A stretch of 63,892 nucleotides of DNA, filler included, from Olpidium bornovanus S191 (lineage: Eukaryota; Fungi; Olpidiomycota), in the NCBI GenBank assembly GCA_017911155.1. It is 33 parts of 33 records of this genome, joined end to end, with 100 filler letters (N's around TTAATTAATTAA, not from the genome) between each part and the next. Parts side by side here need not be neighbours in the genome. Positions count along the whole stretch, not along the records: positions 61,262 to 62,585 come from JAEFCI010010519.1; positions 62,686 to 63,892 come from JAEFCI010012368.1; 31 more parts are not named here. One strand, 5' to 3'. Shown in pieces: positions 61,313 to 63,892 of this stretch (positions are counted from its first letter, which is position 1; the number at the start of each line of letters is the position of its first letter). The notes under the pieces were generated by a model. It ran no database searches and was not told the DNA's origin. It saw only the letters and a program-made list of their open reading frames with translations. The position numbers and the translations under genes were made by a program.

Positions 61313-62706
61313 TTGGGCGCCCCCGCCCAAACCAACGCCGTCCGGGGACGTGGTGGTCCGCCACCAGACAAGAAGAAAAAAAAAATCCTTCACGTTCCTT
61401 TCGCGGCGGGCGGCGCCAGCGTCCGCGTAACCGCACGCTCCCGACGGCGACGAGGCTTTCCCTTCCAAATCCCGGGCGTGGCCGTCGCCGCCGCCCCCGC
61501 TCCCGCCGTCACCCGCGGCCCGCCCCGGGTGGTAAGATAATTGGGCCCGCGGCCGCAGGCTGCGCAACCCCTGGCGACAGGTGACGCGGAAGCGCCCTTC
61601 CGCACCCGGTTCGGCGGGCCCCGGTTCGGAGAACCCGAACGTTTTCGAACGTCGGCGTGTTCTCAACCGTCCAGAAGAGCGCAGCGCGGTCTGCGTACTG
61701 CTCCGCGGGACTAAATCGCGCGAAAGGAGGGAAGAGGGGGGGGCGGGGAGGGGAGGGTGTGGGTCGCGTGACGGCCAGGGGGTCCAGCAACTGCTGCATC
61801 GCGTTGGGCCAGCGTTTCTAACCTCTGCCTGCCCAGACGCCATCTCTCGCTGTGTAGGGCTCCTCAGCGTCGGAACAACGCACATTGAGGTTAAAAGCGT
61901 CTACGCCGTCTGGTGCGAATTTGGCAATCGCCCTGGTCAGTCTGGCGCACGCTACACCATTGCAGCACTTATTTTTGAATGGGCCGGTGGTACAGTTGCG
62001 CCAGTGTGGCAGTACGCTTTTTATTGGATTCTTGAAGCAGAGGGGGATGGTTGTCACCTCAGAATTAAGATGTTACGCAAAAATCAACCAATCCAAAACG
62101 CGTGTTTGTCATTCTGATTACAGCATCCGCACGCTGTTGTACAATGTGTATAATGCGCTTTTTGGTCACGTGTATTGAATGTGCCCCTTCCGTCCTCGCA
62201 GCGGTCGCAGATATCAATTAAAACAATCAAAACAAAGAAAGAAACTTTGGCTCCGTCCCCGTCTCCATCGCCGTTGGCTTCGTATGTTGCTTCTTCTGCT
62301 TGTACAACACATATAACGTACAGAGTACTCCAAAAAAAGGCGAGCTGCGGTCCGCGAGTACATAGCAGTAAATGGGCTACGAGCGGCGGGATCGGCGGTC
62401 GACGAAATCCAGAATTCCATTCTGTTTACGTTCATGTCATCTCCGTTTACCCTTACTTTTGTTTACCTCTCTCAGGGTCTCCCCAGCACGGCTGATTTCC
62501 TGTATTCTTACGGCCCATCCTTCCAGCACCCCCCCCCCCCCCCCCCTTCAAAACCCCCCCCCCCCCCCCCCGCGCGGCCCCCCCCNNNNNNNNNNNNNNN
62601 NNNNNNNNNNNNNNNNNNNNNNNNNNNNNTTAATTAATTAANNNNNNNNNNNNNNNNNNNNNNNNNNNNNNNNNNNNNNNNNNNNAAAAAAAAAAAAGCA
62701 CAACCC

Positions 62707-62739
<33 letters not shown>

Positions 62740-63057
62740 TTCCCCCCCCCCCCCCCCCCCCCCCCAAAATCCCCCCCCCCCCCCCCCCCCCCCCACAAAA
62801 AAAAAAAAAAAAAAAAAAAAAAAGCACAACCCTAACCCCCCCCGCCCCCTCCCCCATCCCTCCTTTCCTCCCGCATCCCCCACCAGGCCATAATTCCGCC
62901 ACCGCCCTCGGCCTCAACGGAAAAAAAAAAAAAGAAAAATCACGTCCGCGGCGCCCGGAGAGCGTTCACATTTGGCCGGCAATCCCCCGCTCCTTCCCCG
63001 GAGCGCAATCTCTCATTTCTTTTTAATTTGAAGCCGCGGAGCCTTCCCCCTCCCCTA

Positions 63058-63673
63058 ATGGATTCATACCGCCACGAAGCGGCGCCGTTCTCGCCGCTCA
63101 CGTGGTTGGCGGCAGAGGCAGGACCGGCCGTCGGCGCCCTGCCGCAGGCCGCCGCCGCCGCCGCCGCCGCACCGAATCACCGTCGTCCGGTGCTGCCGCA
63201 CGCACCGCCGGAAGAGAGCAAGAAGAAGAGGAGGAGACGCGAAACGAGGGAAGGCCTGGCGCGCGCCCAGCTGGAATTCGTCGCGAACCGGGAGAAGTGA
63301 GAGTTTGAGGACTCGTTTCTTTTTCTTTTTCTTTTTTTTTTTTTTTGCTTTCTGCGGAGGAGGGGCGGGCGGTGTGGGCGCTCTTTTAGGTCGTCCTCCT
63401 CCCACCGTCCCCATTCCCTCCAAAATTATTCAATTGCAGAAGGCACAAAGATGACGCCGTTTGATCGGAACGGAGGGAAGAGAGAGGGGGGGGGAGGGAG
63501 GAGACGAGAAGGATGAGTAGAACGTCCATCTCCTGTTACGTGATTGGTAACAACTCGCCGACTCTCCCATCCTCATCTCCTCGACTACCTTTCACGGCTC
63601 TTTTTCTCGGACAAAAGAATTTACTGGCAACTGAAGGCCAGACTCGAGGCTGAGCTCGCGGCGTTGCAAAGCG
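63058..63673 (+). CDS. SDS3: Sds3/BRMS1-like subunit of the Sin3-Rpd3L deacetylase complex, N-terminal exons
   Basis: Exon 63058-63296 ends ESKKKRRRRETREGLARAQLEFVANRE. Exon 63618-63673 reads KIYWQLKARLEAELAALQSG. This is the Sds3-like coiled-coil pattern. Confidence 0.65.
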
Positions 63674-63674
63674 G

Positions 63675-63715
<41 letters not shown>

Positions 63716-63892
63716 TTTTTTTTTTTTTTTAAAAAAAAAATAGTTTGTTTTTTTGTTTTTATTTTTTTTTTTTTTTTTTTTTTTTTGCGGACATAAGGGC
63801 TGTCGTAATTTTATACGCTTGGAACTGGCATAAGAGACGGCCACGATTGGAGGTGATCTGCAAGGCTACGCAATTGTCGATGACGAGCGAAG

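Noticed and set aside
62686-62845. AACCCTAACCC telomere-like words, twice
   Set aside because: Only about 1.5 repeat units each, embedded in duplicated poly-A/poly-C at a contig start. This is not a telomeric array and is likely a low-quality or duplicated end.

Overview
This window is not one contiguous locus. It is 33 short contigs (about 1.0-4.4 kb each) joined by 32 identical 100-bp artificial spacers (N44-TTAATTAATTAA-N44), so nothing can be inferred about adjacency across spacers. The DNA is GC-rich, eukaryotic, rich in GT-AG introns and full of homopolymers and microsatellites. Gene content points to a flagellated (zoosporic) fungus: a fungal-type Trl1 tRNA ligase, Rsm24, a His4-like histidinol dehydrogenase and a probable dynein-2 intermediate chain (WDR60). 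An Olpidium-like organism is my inference and is not demonstrated. About 20 spliced, mostly truncated housekeeping genes could be reconstructed by hand: IPP1, RAD1, PP2C, TRL1, MOCS1A, SYO1, RCL1, a DEAD-box helicase, STI1, eIF2A, WDR60, ClpP, a SET methyltransferase, RSL1D1, PABP, HIS4, a TLDc protein, UBC4, RSM24 and SDS3. There are also several Ty1/copia and Ty3/gypsy LTR-retrotransposon pieces with definable LTRs, primer-binding sites (PBS) and polypurine tracts (PPT). The most unusual observations: (1) a gypsy-type 3' LTR fused directly to the first 27 nt of a tRNA; (2) three gypsy-like 5' ends that share one PBS but have different LTR ends; (3) a copia element with a 111-bp LTR abutting an antisense copia integrase; (4) an array of ~160-bp units separated by A-tracts; (5) an 8-nt microexon in UBC4; (6) an in-frame ATG just after the MOCS1A Gly-Gly stop. 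No rRNA, complete tRNA or CRISPR array was found. Most long ORFs in the supplied track are antisense shadows or low-complexity artefacts. All family assignments come from motif recognition by eye, with no database searches.
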